Translations under genes and position numbers: made by a program
Assembly: GCF_000002075.1 (NCBI RefSeq)
Contig: NW_004797352.1
Coordinates: forward strand, 599,117-661,753
DNA from: Aplysia californica
Taxonomy: Eukaryota
DNA: 62,637 bases
Reading direction: 5' to 3'
Notes under the pieces: model-generated
Told to the model about the DNA's origin: nothing
The model's database searches: none
What the model saw: the letters and a program-made list of their open reading frames with translations, nothing else
Part shown: positions 13,401-28,900 of the stretch, in pieces
Layout of the letters: each line of letters opens with the position of its first letter
How positions within the stretch are numbered: position 1 is the stretch's first letter

Positions 13401-16400
13401 CTTTTGGAGAAAAAATATCAATTTATCTTGAATAGAAGTCAAGTTGCGATTGAAGGAGGTGGGGTTGTCTGGTTTCAGAATTAAAATTAATGAGAAAATG
13501 GTCGCCAAATAAGAGTCATCGGAAATTGCAAATTTACATTTTTTGTGTCTTGAATCGTTTTCCCATAAATTCCACACATAAAAGTGTTTTTGAATGGACA
13601 TACAAGGTGTTGAGCCCCCCCAAATAAATTTCTTAACCGGCTGAAAAATGCCAATTTCTCAGATTTAATTATTTTGACGTTTGATTTCTATGTGTAGAAC
13701 TTTGTATCCAAGCACATGATGAATATCTTTAAAGCAGGCCAAGGGGACAGTCATGAAATGGAAAGTTATTTTGTATATTTCAAAATGCCATAACTTCTTT
13801 AATATTGAACTATATGTGTGTGCGCCTAGAGAAAGGTACCAAAAGTTGCTCCAGACCGTTTCGAGCTAGAGGCTGATAATGACAAAAATCACTTTTTTGA
13901 CCAAAATGTGTTTCCATAAAAAATGATAGATCCACCATTTTTTTACAATGTGCTCAAAGGGTTTTCATTGATTTGACTTCTAAGTACTTCATTTTGAATT
14001 ATTTTGAGGGTAGGATATAATAAAAACGAATAATAAAAATTGCTTTTAAAAGGTGTTAAAATCTATTCTTGAACTGAATGCCAAATTGGAAATGAGTTTT
14101 CCATGAATAATGCATTAAAAAAATAGCTTTTTAAAAAAGTCTGTAGGCCTATGTGTTTTCACCCTTGTTAAACTCAAAAGCTTATTTTCTCAAAATTGTA
14201 TCTTTATACCCTACCTCGCAAAATTTGCAATATCTCAAAAACTACTTGAGGTATCTAAAAAATTCAAAAACCAATGTGTTCAGCATTGAATTTCCCATTT
14301 AAAGTACAACCCTCAACTCAAAATGGTCAAAATCTGACTTTTGGTACCTTTCTTCAGGCACACACACAATATGCACAAATCCGATTAGAAATCTTAAAGA
14401 AAAAATGAGCTCTATTTATAGGAAAGCTTAATTTCCATAATAATCAATTTTAAGAATAGTTTGCTGTTCCAATGCGTATTGATTTGCACATTTTGTGGCT
14501 CAAAGAGAGTTTTTTTATGCATTGCTTTTCTATCGAAACTCAACAAGACACAACACAAGACACAATACTTGTCACTGAGGACAAATAATACAGATAAAAC
14601 CAGTACTAGTAAAAATGCATTAAATAATTAGATCCAAACTGAACCCCAAAATCTGTGGGTCCGTCAAGTTCACAAACAACTGTACTATAGCAGCCAACAC
14701 AGAGAGAACGAACTGTTTCTATATGACATAATAGAATATATATTAAGGCCACACAGCTCGACAATAATATGCTCCATTTACTGTGAAGTCTCTCACCTGA
14801 CCCAGAGAGGTTCATGGTCTCTTTTAGTCCAGCAACAATCACATCACAACTCTGAGTTGTGATATCTCCTTTCTGTATTTTCACATCCAAAGACCCATAT
14901 CTAAGTGAAGGAGAGCCCCCTGCAAGGAATACACAAAGAAAAACATGAATTATTGAACACGCAGAATCTCGGGCACAAAGTAAGTTACACATATTAGTCA
15001 CTACTGTAATTGTAACAGTGGGAATATTTTTTTAATCAACTTGTCAAAACAAAGCTTTATCTCTTTTACAAATCTGCACTGCTTATTTTGGGAAAAGTCA
15101 TTGACGAATAAATCACTAAACATTCCAAACATTCCCACTGTTTGTTCACTATTTGTATCCCCCCACCCCCCTCCCCTTTTACTTTTCAGAACAATAGCTC
15201 ATATAGTCATTTGGAATGCCTTTGCAGGACAAAGATAAAAAGAAACTTTTTTCACATTTGTTGTATTCATATATATCATCCTTCATGATTAAATGAATGT
15301 TCTGCCCTGAGATGAAGCTACAAACATAGACTTTATTTTGCTAGATTTCCACACTGTAAGGCATGAAGGAAAGAGATAGAATGCATTCAAACAGAAAAAC
15401 AACTGAAACATAGAGCTTCACACTCTCATTGAATTGCATGTAGCATGACAAGTTCATGAAGAGGGAGACAAAATTGAAAAGTTGTAGTGAGTTATCTCTT
15501 GTCTGTAATGCATGTTTTCAGGTTTCAAAAGTCAGGTGGAGGATAAGCTGTAAGCACCAGGTTACTGTACGAGATGAACCCCCTTTCAACACTGTTAGGT
15601 TGTTAAAGAGGCAGGACCTTTGAATTTAAGATCTCCAATAGAAATGAGCCAGATGGGTTGAGCGCCTTGAAAACTCAACAAAACAACAGGAGTTCAAGAA
15701 TGCTCAGTCATAGATTCGAACTAGAGCCCTCTCATCTGTTGTCTAGCATTAGAGCAACTGAGCTAACACAGCATCCAAGATGAGTTGTGGCACTAAGTTG
15801 CTTCAGTACAGACAATGCTTTGTCAACTCATAAGGCCCAAGGGTCAGAGTTCAGTAAAACAGTTACGCGTTCCAGGTTGGAAATCATGGCAACTACGAAC
15901 CTTGTCTAGGAGTAGGAGAAGCTGCAAGGCCATGTCCAGAACTAGCTCTTTGGAAGGCCTGAAAATGAGAAAGGAAAAAAACAGAAAATAGAATGTGAAA
16001 TTGAGTGGTCATATCACTAGATATCTCCAAACAAAAAACAAAAAAATCTCACAAAATAATAATTTGAATTCACACACAGGATCAGCCTTCTATAATGGAC
16101 AGAACAATGTTTTGTATGGGGTTTCAGACTCTAAATTTCATTTTTAAACATGCCCAAATCTACCACAGAGAAACAATTATGCCAAAAGGTTTGATGTGTA
16201 TCATATTTTATCAAACGTACAACTTTGTTATTAGACAAAATTCTTTACAGTAAAATAAAGTGTGCAAGAACAAAGTCTTGACAATTTCTCTTGGGTGTTT
16301 TCTTCATTCTGATAAACAAGACCACAGTGAATGCAAGATAGATTAAAAAGTTTCTCAAAGACCCAAGCGCACTCGAGTAATATTACAAAGCGCCAGTCAA

Positions 16401-19400
16401 CACTAACCAGCCTAATGACTGAAAACAGCACACGCTTTACCTGAAGCACATCCTGAGACCTCTCATGTATAACAAGCACCACTGACTGTAAGGAAGATGA
16501 TGGATTATCCACAGCAAACTGCCTGATGCTATCCATAATGCACTTTGCAGAATTATCTGAAGAGGATACATGAGATATCATAATAGTACGTGGATGTATC
16601 ACGAGAACATCAACATAAAACAACGCTTTTGTCCTATTCCTAGAAGGTTCAGAAAGCTTAGGACAGAACCTTGAACATACTTAAGATATTTTGCAAATCT
16701 GTATCTCAAAAAAAAAAAAAAATCTAATACTGATACACAGGTAATTTTTTTTTTCTCGAATATTATAACATCATACTGAAAATTGAAACCACAAACTATA
16801 GATCTAATAGGTAAAAAAAAACCCATTAACACAATCGCTGACTAACCAAATTCCGAATTAGTAATAGATCTAGATATCATTATGCCTTTTTCAAGTAGTT
16901 AGTAAAATATAGTCAGAATAGTTCAAGACGGCCACCCATTTTTGAGTACATGTCTTAAAGTGGTTCAGTGTCTTGAGTGAATTATGGTATTTTAAAATGC
17001 CTAAAGCAGTTCATTTTCAGTATGACTTGGAGTAATGTTGGCATTTTTATACCAATTCTTCTTAGTACTTCTTTATTCTTAATCTTCTGTCTGCGTGATA
17101 TTCTTACAGTTCTTCTATAAATTCCATTTAGAAAGCTATAATCCTTCTTGTATCTTGTTCATAGATTGTTCAGGTTTCATATCCATATTTATTTCACTGG
17201 GAACATATTAAAGTGCTTCTTAGAATACTTATTTTCTTAAATTTATGCATTTTCAGATTGGTATCATCTTTTTAAATTTTGATGTTGTAATTGCAATTCT
17301 GAGTGTAATCTCTGTGAAAGATTAGGACATGAGAATTGACCTTCATAAGCCCAGAGAATGTGATTTTCAGAAGCTACATCCAGCCTAGTCTAAAGAAATG
17401 ATTTAGGATGCAACAATAGGAAAATATTCTGGGAAACATTATCTTCACTTCTATTATATTATTGGGACACGGTACAAGATAAGCATAGCCTGCTAATGTC
17501 AAACCAGACGAATATATACATATTTTGCCTTTGATCTCAGTCTGATATCAAATCAAGTTGGAAAAGGAAAGAAGTTTCTTCTGTTCTTTTTTCTCCCCTT
17601 TTCCCCACCAATCTACTGTTCCAATAGCAGACTTGGAAAACAACAACCCCTTCTTGTCCACAAAACAGAACTTAGAGTTTACTAGTCCTAGGTAAAGCAA
17701 AGAACAAATGCCTGCCATTTTAAAGTAATTCATCTTATAAAGCATTTCATTCCACTAGAATGTCATAAACAAAGTGACAAATCATTAACCCCTTTGTTTC
17801 CTTTATGATATATATCTGGTAGATCACAAAACGTGTAATTCTTAGCTTCACCAAATTGGCATGTATTAGTTTACTGCTAGGCTTGCCCTCGATTGATAAA
17901 CACAGGTCTAGTCTTGTTGATGACAGCATGTTCTCACACAACATAAACACCAAAATGACTTAAAATGGGCAGAAAATTTATAGACTTAGATTTGCAAGTT
18001 TTTCAAAATTGTGGCTAAAATGGGGTAGGGAATGAGTAAAGTGATACTATTGAAGACCTGGGGGCCAAAATATGTCACAAAAGGTCTAGATCTCGACCAA
18101 AAGTCCACTAACATGTCTCAGACACAAGACTGCTGTCCTGGCTAACGAGCTTAGTTGAAATCAGTGTTGACAGCAGGAATGCACACTCCTGGCAATGAAG
18201 GGTTTAAAGTATTGAGTTGAGCCAGCAATACAGTCATAGGTTACTTTCCAGAAAAACATTCTGGTTTGCAGCACAGTTCAGAACAGATTGGCCTCAAGTC
18301 TGAGACCCAACAAAAGCAGTTTGCCTGGTCGCCAACTAAAAACAGTAGAGTTGTGAACATGTGGCTTCTGATATAAGAAAGAAAATTAGAGGATGTGGGT
18401 TGCAGTAGAGACTTATTTTCACTGGCACCTTCTGGAATGATAGCATTTGTGTGCATGTATATGTGGGGTTAAGGGGGTCTATTTTGACAAGTTCAAAGCT
18501 TACCACCACTCTGAATCATTAATACTGGCTTCTCACACTTAGCCACTTCCCACTTATCTCAGCCTTATCACTTGTCCTACTATTTTCTATTTACAAGTTT
18601 TGAGACCAAAAAAAAGGGTGGAACTACACTTTACGTAGGAGCAATAAAAATAATGTGCTTGTTAAACTTGACGAGGAAGACCTAACCTTTCTGCTTAGGA
18701 AAAGAGCTTTAATAACACATACAATACTGGCAAGCAAAATTCTCAAATGAATAAGAAGACTGACAGCTTTTGAAACTCTATTTGCAATGCTGTGCTTTGG
18801 GCCGGAAATTGGGATGGGCTGAGGCGTAATTCTTCGGCTACTTGGGATCAGAGGTAGTAGCCCCTTTTCTAAGTATAGTTACTTAGAAGGAGGACGAACA
18901 TGAATTAAACTTGGCAACCAATCGGAAGAAAGGACAAGCTTACTGGTTTTCAAAAATGAAGAGGAGCTGCTATGTCGTTGTTGACAAGGCAGGTGCTCCA
19001 CACATCTTTTATATTGCTTTAAAATACCAGATCTCTGTATGTAGCACATTTTATGTACCAACTTAAAATTAACACTCATCCTGAGATTTTTAACATTTAA
19101 ATCCATAGTTCTTAGAGTTTTACTTCTCTTTTGTTTAAGCTTATTGTAAAGCAATTTGAAAAAAAAAATGTTTCATTACCATCACTAGCTCTATCCATCT
19201 CAATTGAACATTAAATCAATTGAACCAACCTGCAGGATATCTCAAGCCTCCAGTTCCCAGAGCACACAGAGAAATAGAAGCTGCCTGCAGGGAGCTGGCT
19301 TCCTTCAGGATACTGTCCACAAGGGCCTTCAGCTGTCAAAGATTACAGAATGGTCACTACATCAAATGAATGAATTTCGTACAACTAAAATGAACAATAG

Positions 19401-22400
19401 TACTTTCTGTTAAAAACAACAACAACAAAAAGATAGACCTTTAAGAAAACAGAACAAAAACACCAAGCCAGACAAACGAAAAAAAAATGGAGTGAGCCAT
19501 TTCTGACTCGTAATTGGACTTCTCAGGCTGATATTTTTTGGGTTTGGCATTTTCGTACTTTTTTGAGTCGGAAATACTGCTTCACTGAAAGATGTTCCAA
19601 GCTCTTGCCAAACCTTTCATTATTTTTGGTTTGATCATTTTGATTCCTTCTATTTCAGGTACTGGAAATTATTAGTAATGTAACCTTACATAAAAGATTC
19701 GCAAAAAAAAAAAATTAGAATTGATGCAAGAAACTAATTCCTGGAAGAGCATAAAATCTGCTACATTTTTGTTCCCTAGTTTTTTAAAGTTTTTTTAAAC
19801 TGAAGGTTTTGGTAGTGTCAGAGCTTGGCAAAGTAAAAGAAAAAAAACAACAACCCCTCCACACACACACAAACAACGGACCTTCTTGTGAATAGCATGG
19901 TCATGGTCAAAGGTCATTGATATGGTTTGCATTCATAGGCTTATGTAAGAAGAATTTCAAAACAGATTGCACTAATTTGTGACATTTCTCATTTGACAAT
20001 GTCACACCCCCTGCACAAGCAGATATGACACATGGCATCAAAAAAGTTTTTCGCATACCAAACACACTTCAAAGACATGCTTTGAAGGCACAGTACTGTT
20101 AAACCTCCACGAGACTTTTTAAAAACAGCAAATTTGACACACTGGAGTCAGCTAAGGCACCGATGCAGGTTTCACATCAAATGCTTTGTCAACTGTAGCA
20201 ACACAAAACCAGCAATGTAAGCAACAACATTTTCTAACAAATGGACAAGTGTGCCAGACTAGTCACATATGTGCAGTTATCATTATGACAAACTGAATTT
20301 TCTTCAATCTCTTTCATTCTGTTTTTTTCTGTGAGATATGTATATTATGGCTGAAACAGAAGGCACTTCATCATCAAGCTCAGCGACTTTGCTAGAGACT
20401 GATATTTCTAAAAACATTTTTCGTAGGCCTAAGTGTTTTACGGCACTCGCAACTGCATAGCTTCATATGAGCAAGCGGGACACATTAAATATTTTCAGTA
20501 GGTAGGGGGGACCTTTAACGTGCGCAACTTGCACATGTGACCTCCGAGATTTTTTCGCCCTTGTTGGAGAAGGCTAGGGGTAGGACAAAACTTTTCCGTA
20601 ACCACTCGGATTCGAACCCGGGACCTTTGAATGAAAGGCGAACATCTTAATCTCTAGGCCACGAGAGCCCCCCAGGCCCAAACGCAGCGCAAACTGCAAT
20701 TTGGTCGACATTAAGTTTACAACTGAGAGAACTGAGCTGATCTCACAATCATGGCCGACCATCGTCTGCTGCAGCTTCACATTACGCGACTCGCGCCCTC
20801 TCCTATTAATAGTTACTCCAAGCTTGTACCCATTAATAGTTGCTGGCAGTTGCTGCTATCGGTTAACCACTGTAGTCATCGGGGATCACCGAACGCACAA
20901 CCAAAACCCAACACTGCCATGTCTATCAGGTCTACGCAGGTAGACCGAATAGATATGACTGAAAATAAGGCTATAACGTGGAAGTACTTTGTTCTTCTTT
21001 ACTTGAGTTTTTGAATGGACAAAATTGACCCAGAAATACTGTGTGTGTGAATTCTTAAAGTAAATATATTGAAATAGAGGGTTCAGTGGAGTTGAAACTT
21101 GAACAAACCCAATAAAACTTTGAAAATACACTATAACACGATCCCTAAAGCAATCTCGACCAAACAAAGACACGATGAAAGTTCATTTAGCGATCTATCA
21201 TAATATATATTTATGTCACTGGAGGTGCTCATACTTTTAAACTGACAAAATAGTAGGGTAATGATTGAAAACCCAGCAGAACTATAATGGGCGCAACAAA
21301 TAACTAGGTCATACTATATTCTTTTCCAATATTACATTTGCGTATTTTTCCCAGATCATTTTGTAAAGATATTTTTTTAAAGGAGTTTTTAAAAACATAT
21401 GTGTTATGATGTAGTGGAATAAGGGGCTCGTCAATTTTTGGGCAGAGGGAGGTCTACACCTTGGAGAAATTTACCATGTCCCCTTGAATGTGCTAAATAC
21501 ATATGTACAATCAGCTGATCAGAGCAAGGGGCTGATAATTAACTGTAATTTCAAGAATTGCTCAAGAAAGATCATGAGGCTGAATGCAAGATGATGATTT
21601 AATGAAGGGCTGTTACATAAAACATGTGCTCTTCATTAGTCATGGAATACACAGATAAAAGGAAAAGGCACCAGTTCATAATTACATTTTATACCATACT
21701 TGGGGCTGTTTTAACATTGTACTTTTGGTAAAATAAATCCTTATATATAGGCCTAATTAAGCCAATTATATTTCACACGTGAAATAAAACAATTTGTATA
21801 AATTACTCTGCGCACTATATTCGCCAACTAGGCTAACCTTCTGTAAGCAAAGTATAGAATTGAATCATAGTATCAGTATTTCTAGACCATGCAATGTTAT
21901 GGCAGCCCCCCACCCCCCCACCCTGTAAAAACTTTGTTGCAAAGCGCGCTCACCATAGGCGCCTAAATGAAATGCCAAACACCAGTCTCCCACTGTTCCT
22001 ATAGTAGAGAGTAGGCCCAATTCTCTACGTTGCTCTTAATTTTGTTCCAAATTGAGCCAAATGGTGCACATCTCAGTGAACCAGGATTACATTAGAGTGC
22101 AGCAATGTATTTTAGTGCAACGCACAAGTCTATGCTAGCATACGACTCCTAGCCTTTGGTTTGCTTTAGTTTCAAAGTTTATAATCAAAGCCATCTCTAT
22201 TCTCAAGAAAGCATGTCATATAAATGCAGTTTCTTAATTTTTCAACTTTTGAATCATATGTTTTCTGCTTGCCTTGCCTGTGCTTAGGTATATTTCGCTG
22301 AGGGAGACATACGGATACTCAGGATAGCACAATAAAGGAAAACAATCCAGACTTTTTTCATATCTTTACTCTGACTTCGACGGGCATAAAAAGTTTGTTT

Positions 22401-22948
22401 TCATGTAAGACTCTTGACTGGATCCTCTTTTCCAATTAATTGGCTGGTCACTAGAACTTTGTTGGTCTGGGATCTATTACGCTAGCTGATGTCAGTCTAT
22501 GGAAAGAAAAATTTATTACACTCATTATGGTAGCAGACCATGATTCATCTTTCTTGTGAAATCGCCAGTTGTAATCACTCGCTGAAACTCATGAATACAA
22601 TTTGGCAATTTCACTGTAGGATAAATTATGATCTACCACCACAATTCATGTAATAAATTATTAATACATCACTCAATGATGATCGGTCTCAGATACTAGA
22701 AGTGGGGTTATAAATTTGGCTGTAATTGACAGAGAAACAACTTCAATGGTTGACAGTGAACAAGCTAAAAATGACTATAATTTGAAGAGCCAGAAAAAAA
22801 TCAGCCTTTCTACCCCACTTAATAATAATAAATAATAAATTGCATTTATATATAGCGCATTTCCACAAAGAAGTGCTTAATGCGCTGTACAATAATACAA
22901 AGAACATACGCAGCACACAGCTCCTATCGTAATCCTTTTTCTCTCTCA

Positions 22949-22999
<51 letters not shown>

Positions 23000-25900
23000 G
23001 TACATCTTTGAGTAAAGACAATCCCACAAAGCTTACCCAGACACCCTCGCACACATTGGTGAATTCGCACAGTCATAAATTCTTACAGAACAGAGAGGTA
23101 ACAATTTGACAGGGCATTCGAAAGGCTGAAAAGCCTTTCTTTTCCTTTACTTCATGCACAAGAATTCGTGCTATGTCTGTATTGTCTTAAATCTATCTGT
23201 ACTAAGCCTATTACAACTGCAAAATACTAACATATACAGGAATTGATAAGAGTTACTCCATTTGATGTCCATGATTTTCACAACAGTTTGGAGCTTTGAT
23301 TTACATTCAAGGTCACAACACTAATAAATTTGATTGTGTGTGCGTGAGTGGGAGTAAATCTGAGTGCCCATTTTTATGAGTTCCCATTGGTGCAAAGGTT
23401 TAAAAAAAAAATTGAAAAGAGCCACTTGCCGTTCAAAGTATAATAAACACTTGCAATCTGTACAATCAAGAGGTGCAGTTTGACAATGTTTGTAATAAAA
23501 ACTTATATTTCTCTGATGTCTTCCCATCATCCCATCTGTTTTGAAGTGGACAACTTTGATATCCACATACAGACATCATAGAGCATGAGCTGTTAGGTCA
23601 GTCATTTTTATCACAGTGGGGCATGGCGTAGATGATACTGGGTCAAATCCCCGATGGGGTGTTCTTGTACTAGAGTTGTTTGAAAATTTTCAAAGTTATT
23701 CGTCTATTTGGCTTGGTCTCATCAAAGACGGACACTTCGCAGGTCACACCTCTTAAATAGTCTTAGAGCATTGAAAGGGACAAATGCTGATAATCTCATC
23801 CAGGTTAAGGTGAATTAGAACCAAATGTGAGACACTGAGGTGGAATCAGGTGCTTGTTGAAATATAAGGAAGACGAAGAATACAAACTTTTTCTGTATGT
23901 CAGGCAATTTTTAAAATCATTTTTGTTTTGTTTTGAGCCCAACACATTTTATGTCCATTTAAAAATGTATTTAAAGCTTGATTTTACTGAAAAACATTGT
24001 TAAAAGGCACCAAAAAAATGTAAATTTGTAGTTTTCAAGGACATCACAACATTAGAAGTAACCGAACTTTGGTGGTTATTATTATTATCTTGCTAATACT
24101 ACCTCTGCCATGAGGAGACCCTCACCTTCAATTGCAAATATTTTGACTTCTCTTCAAGATACCTGGGTATTTTAAAAAAAAATCAAAACAAAAGCAAATG
24201 AATAGGCTTCCAGATTGTACCAATAACTCCCTAGGCCTAAAAATTAATGAGCGCCTGATTCCACCATGTCATGACACAGATTCCTGTGGGATAAACTTGA
24301 AGCCTCTGCCAGGCACCTGTATCTACTAAAGCAGTTAACACTCAGGTAAGAAGAAAGTAATCACAAACAAGGAAAGCGAACTGTTAGTAATAAGTAATTA
24401 CTAGATTCATAGTTTTCAAAACTTAGCAATCTTTTGCCTCACCTGCACCTCTGCATTGCCTCCCCATCGTTTCAAGCACGCATGGAACAAGGATTTGTTG
24501 CCAAGATTTCCAGAAGAACTCACTGCAAAATCTCCAGGCTGGATACCACCTTGATATCTGTAATCAAAACTTACAAATATCATAATAAAAAAAACCATAC
24601 ACATAATTCAGATTCTTAAAAATTATTTTCTTTATTTCTAAAGTTGATTTAAGCCTCAAGAGTAGACAACATGAAAACCTATGTTGATCAGGTTTGACCA
24701 TTATAAGCCACACAACTGCTCAGATTCCAGTTAAGAGGAGTCAAGTTTAAATCCTATCTGGCCACAAACTTTGACTAAACATATTCCATGGGGACAGTCT
24801 TGGATCTATTTTACTTTGAGACATTTTCAGTTTTTCTGCAACTCTCTGCTTGTATCTAGCCAGCACTTTGAGAAGTAGGCCCTAATTGTAATTGATAATT
24901 GCCAAGGTCCTGTTCCCCTATCAACACATTTGAGATAATTTAAGATCATTTAAGAGGTGGGCTGCTTTGACTGAACTTGCCTGCAAGGGCCAGCCCTAGA
25001 AATGAGGTATACGACATCCAGCCAGACAGACACAGACTAAATACAAATCTTCCAACAAGGGAATTGAGCTCATGTTTACAGAAGGCAATGGCAAAGAGTC
25101 TAACTTATACCACAGATGCCATTTTTAGAAGCTTTATTAAAAAAATTAACATCCCACTATACTGAAGATAGTGCAAGGCTGTATGGTTCAAGGTTACCTG
25201 GTACCCGAGGGGGAAAAAAGTTTAAAATCCCTACACTAGTCAGGCGATTTTTCCAATTGTTCTTCATTTTGTGAAGAAAATGAAAATTCAACGGTATACT
25301 TTATAGAAAAATGTCATTGTTTCCATTACCAAAGAGTAACAAATTGCAGAAAAAAGAGAAAAGATACATCTATTCGTCCTGTTATGTATCAAATCTTGCC
25401 ATGTGCTTTACATTTCAGCATATGGTCCTCCATGACAAGAGACTAGCCTGAATCTTGTGCAGTGTGTACAGGGAGACATAAACTGGTGATAGTCATGTAC
25501 TGCACAAAACAGTAAAGAACAGTAACCGAAAACAAAACCACAAAGAAACTAAAAGATCATTCTCCTTCGCCAGACTTGGTGTCTTGGGAACATTAATACA
25601 TGAATAGGCCTACTTAAAAAAAAATTGGATAGTAGCACAAAACAACTGAGGAATAATACAAGAAATGGAAAACAGTAAAAGCTCAAAAGTTAAGTAGGAC
25701 AGATAAATGAATACACAATGAGCAAATGATGAGCATCAAGAGATGAAAACCTTGTCTAACACTTGCTAGCACTCATGGCTGTGTCCTATAATAGGTAAAG
25801 TGTGGTGTAAGCGCACCTTTGGACATGTAGAGTGAACGCACCTTTGGAATAGTCATTGTGACGTAGGCCTAACGGACACCTCACACAACTTCCGGTAAGG

Positions 25901-28900
25901 CGTAAGGAACTAACTGCCACTCGCTAGCTGGAGCTGAGAGAAGCAACATCGGCTAATCGAGATCTACTAGAACACCATTAGGTGGGGCTCCACCAACATC
26001 TCCAAGTTCTGGATCTATTTCAAGACTCAACAAGTAGGCCTAAGTCATAACATAACATGGTGTTTGAACGGCGCAGAGATACAGACAATACGAATCCATG
26101 TGCAAATATTGTAATCGGAATGTAGATTCTAGATCTAGATTTAGATCGAGACTCACGTGAAATTTAATACTAGTCTGTAGGCCAATGACTCTAGATCTAG
26201 TCACCTGAATCTTCAACCGATTGAAACTAGTCAACCAAGCCTCAATATGGAAGGGACAAAATCCAAATTTCATGCTCAAATACAGCCGCCTCAAAAATTA
26301 AACATTAGTGAAGAAAGTGCTTTGCAATCAAACTTGAGAAAGTTTTCGAGAGCATGGAAGAATTATGAGATTGCTTCAAACTTGATCAAAAAGTCAAAAC
26401 AGTTTAGGTGTGCAGTCTTGTTGACAGTTATTATAGGGGAAGATGCGATGGACAAATTTGATGGATTTAAGTTTAGTTCCAAAGAGGAACAGGATGACAT
26501 CAATACAGTACTAAAGAAGTTTGAGGAATTTTGCATGGGAACAACTCATGAGGCATTCAAGTCATACCGCTTTCATGTCAGAGTACAAGAACCGAATGAA
26601 TCCATTGATGCCTATGTTGCGGAACTAAGAAAATTGGGAAGAGGGTGCAACTTTGAAGCATTTGAAGATCGCATGATTCGTGACAGAATTTTAGTTGGCT
26701 GCAAGACTGACCACGTGAGAGAAAAGTTGTTGGAAGACCCCAAATTAGATCTCAAGAAGGCAATAGACATAGCAAGACCCTATGAGGAAAGTCAAGTCAA
26801 GCTAAATGAAATGAAAGAATTAGCAGTCGCCAGAGTTATGCCGAAGAACAGAAAGAAATCGTTTCCAGAAGAAAAAAAAGAAGCAGTTTTCAAGTGATAA
26901 AAGGTCACAATATCCAAAGGATAGAAAACAACAGTCTTCCAAAAGGAAATGCACAAGGTGTGCATATGATTCACATAAAAATAACCAAGATTGTCCAGCA
27001 TTAAGCCAGTTTTCTACTCATCTAGATCTCTCACAGATACAGAGACTAGGTAGGCACAGATTGAAAAGGAGGCTTTGGCTATGACATGGTGTGAAAAATT
27101 TTCAGAATTTTTAGTGGGCCTCCCGAAGTATGTAATTGAGACAGACCACAAACAAATACTGTCGCTGATGAAAGCAAAAGACTTGGATTTCCTTACTCCA
27201 AGAATACAGAGATTCAGGGTGAGGATGTTGAGATTTACTTACGACATGGAATATGTTGTTGGCAAGGACCTAGTCACGGCAGACTCCTTATCCAGGTCTC
27301 CTTTAAAAAACAATAAAGTAGAAGAGGAAACACTTGAAGTCAGTACAATTTTTCAGTCGATCCCCATGTCAGATGAAAGATTGGAGGAAGTTCGACGTGC
27401 ACAGCACAGCGACAAGGAATGCTGAGAGGCAATTCATTTCACCCAAGGCCATTGGCCTCAAAGGACGCAGGGAATATTAAAATTATACTATGCAGAGCGT
27501 CATTGTTTGGCGGTGGAGCAAGGGATTCTCTTGCACGGATGCAGGTTGGTAATGCCATCATCACTGGGGCAAGACACGCTTCAGAGTATCCACCAGGGAC
27601 AACAAGGTATAGTCAAGGGTAGGGCTGAGCACACACCTGTATTTGGTGGCCAGGAATGTAGAAGGATATTGAAACTCTGGTGAGCAACTGCCCTGAGTGT
27701 GAAAAAAACCCAGAGTATTGCCTCCTCAACCAGTAATACCAACTCCAAAACCAGATCACCCTTGGGAAAAAGTAGGAAGTAGCATGGAAAACATTATCTG
27801 CTGGTGGTGGATTATTATTCCAGATGGATTGAGATTTCACACCTTACTTCTTTTACCTCCAAGTGTGTTATCAACAGTTTCAAGGCTATCTTTGCAAGAA
27901 AGGGTATTCTCAGGACAGTACTTACTGACAATGGGACGCAATATACTTCAGCAGCGTTTTGTAACTTAGTTTTCTATTATGGATTCAAACATGTTACAAG
28001 TAGCCCTCATCAGCAGTCGGCTAATGGAGAAGCGGAGAGAGCAGTTCAAACAATTAAAAACATGCTCAAGAAAGAACAGGACTCTCTTCTGGCCCTTTTG
28101 AATTACAGAGCCACACCTTTGGCCCAGGGACAGAGTCCAGCTGAACTGCTGATGAACCGGAAACTCCGAGTACCATCCTTGCAGGAAGGACAGAACGATA
28201 CAGAATTCCGGAGGAAAGATGCTATGATAAAAAGAAAGATCAAGGAGAATTTTGATAGCAGGCATAGAGTGAAAAATCTACCAGGGTTAAAACCAGGACA
28301 GTCGATTTGGCTTAAGACTCCAAGGCTGGAGGAAGATAAAGTTATTCCAAGATCTGTATACGTCCAAACTTCTTCTGGACATGTTACATGGAGGAACCGA
28401 CAACAGGTTAGAATAAGATAGGATAAACATCTGTCTGTACCTCCTACTATACCCAGAGGTAGTAACAATTTACCAATGTTAGGACAACCTCAAACCGAGC
28501 CAGGGATGATTCAAATTGATCCTGCTAGTAGCCTTTCAAATGAGTCGGAGACAAAGCCAGTTGTCACTAGAAGTGGAAGACTGGTCAAGCAGAGAGAAAT
28601 ATTGGATTTATGGTGCTCTCTCTTCCTTGTGTATATATCAGACGCTGTATATATAGTTGTTTTTTTTGTTCCTGGTAGGAAAACTAATTTGTTATAGTTG
28701 TCGCCCTAAGAGTTGGTTTAGATATTTTGAGCTTTGGCTCTTTCAAGTTGTCAATTCCTCATTATAAAGAGGAGGAGATGTGGTGTAAGCGCACCTTTGG
28801 ACATGTAGAGTGAACGCACCTTTGGAATAGTTATTGTGACATTGGCCTAATGGACACCTCACGTAACTTCCGACAAGGCACAAGAAACTAACTGCCACTC

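Noticed and set aside
20595-20665. tRNA gene
   Set aside because: Only degenerate A- and B-boxes with no complete cloverleaf, and fused to a SINE-like body.
26247-26897. Domesticated Gag (Arc-like) gene
   Set aside because: Still inside both LTRs with decayed pol. The stop before the knuckle looks like ordinary decay.
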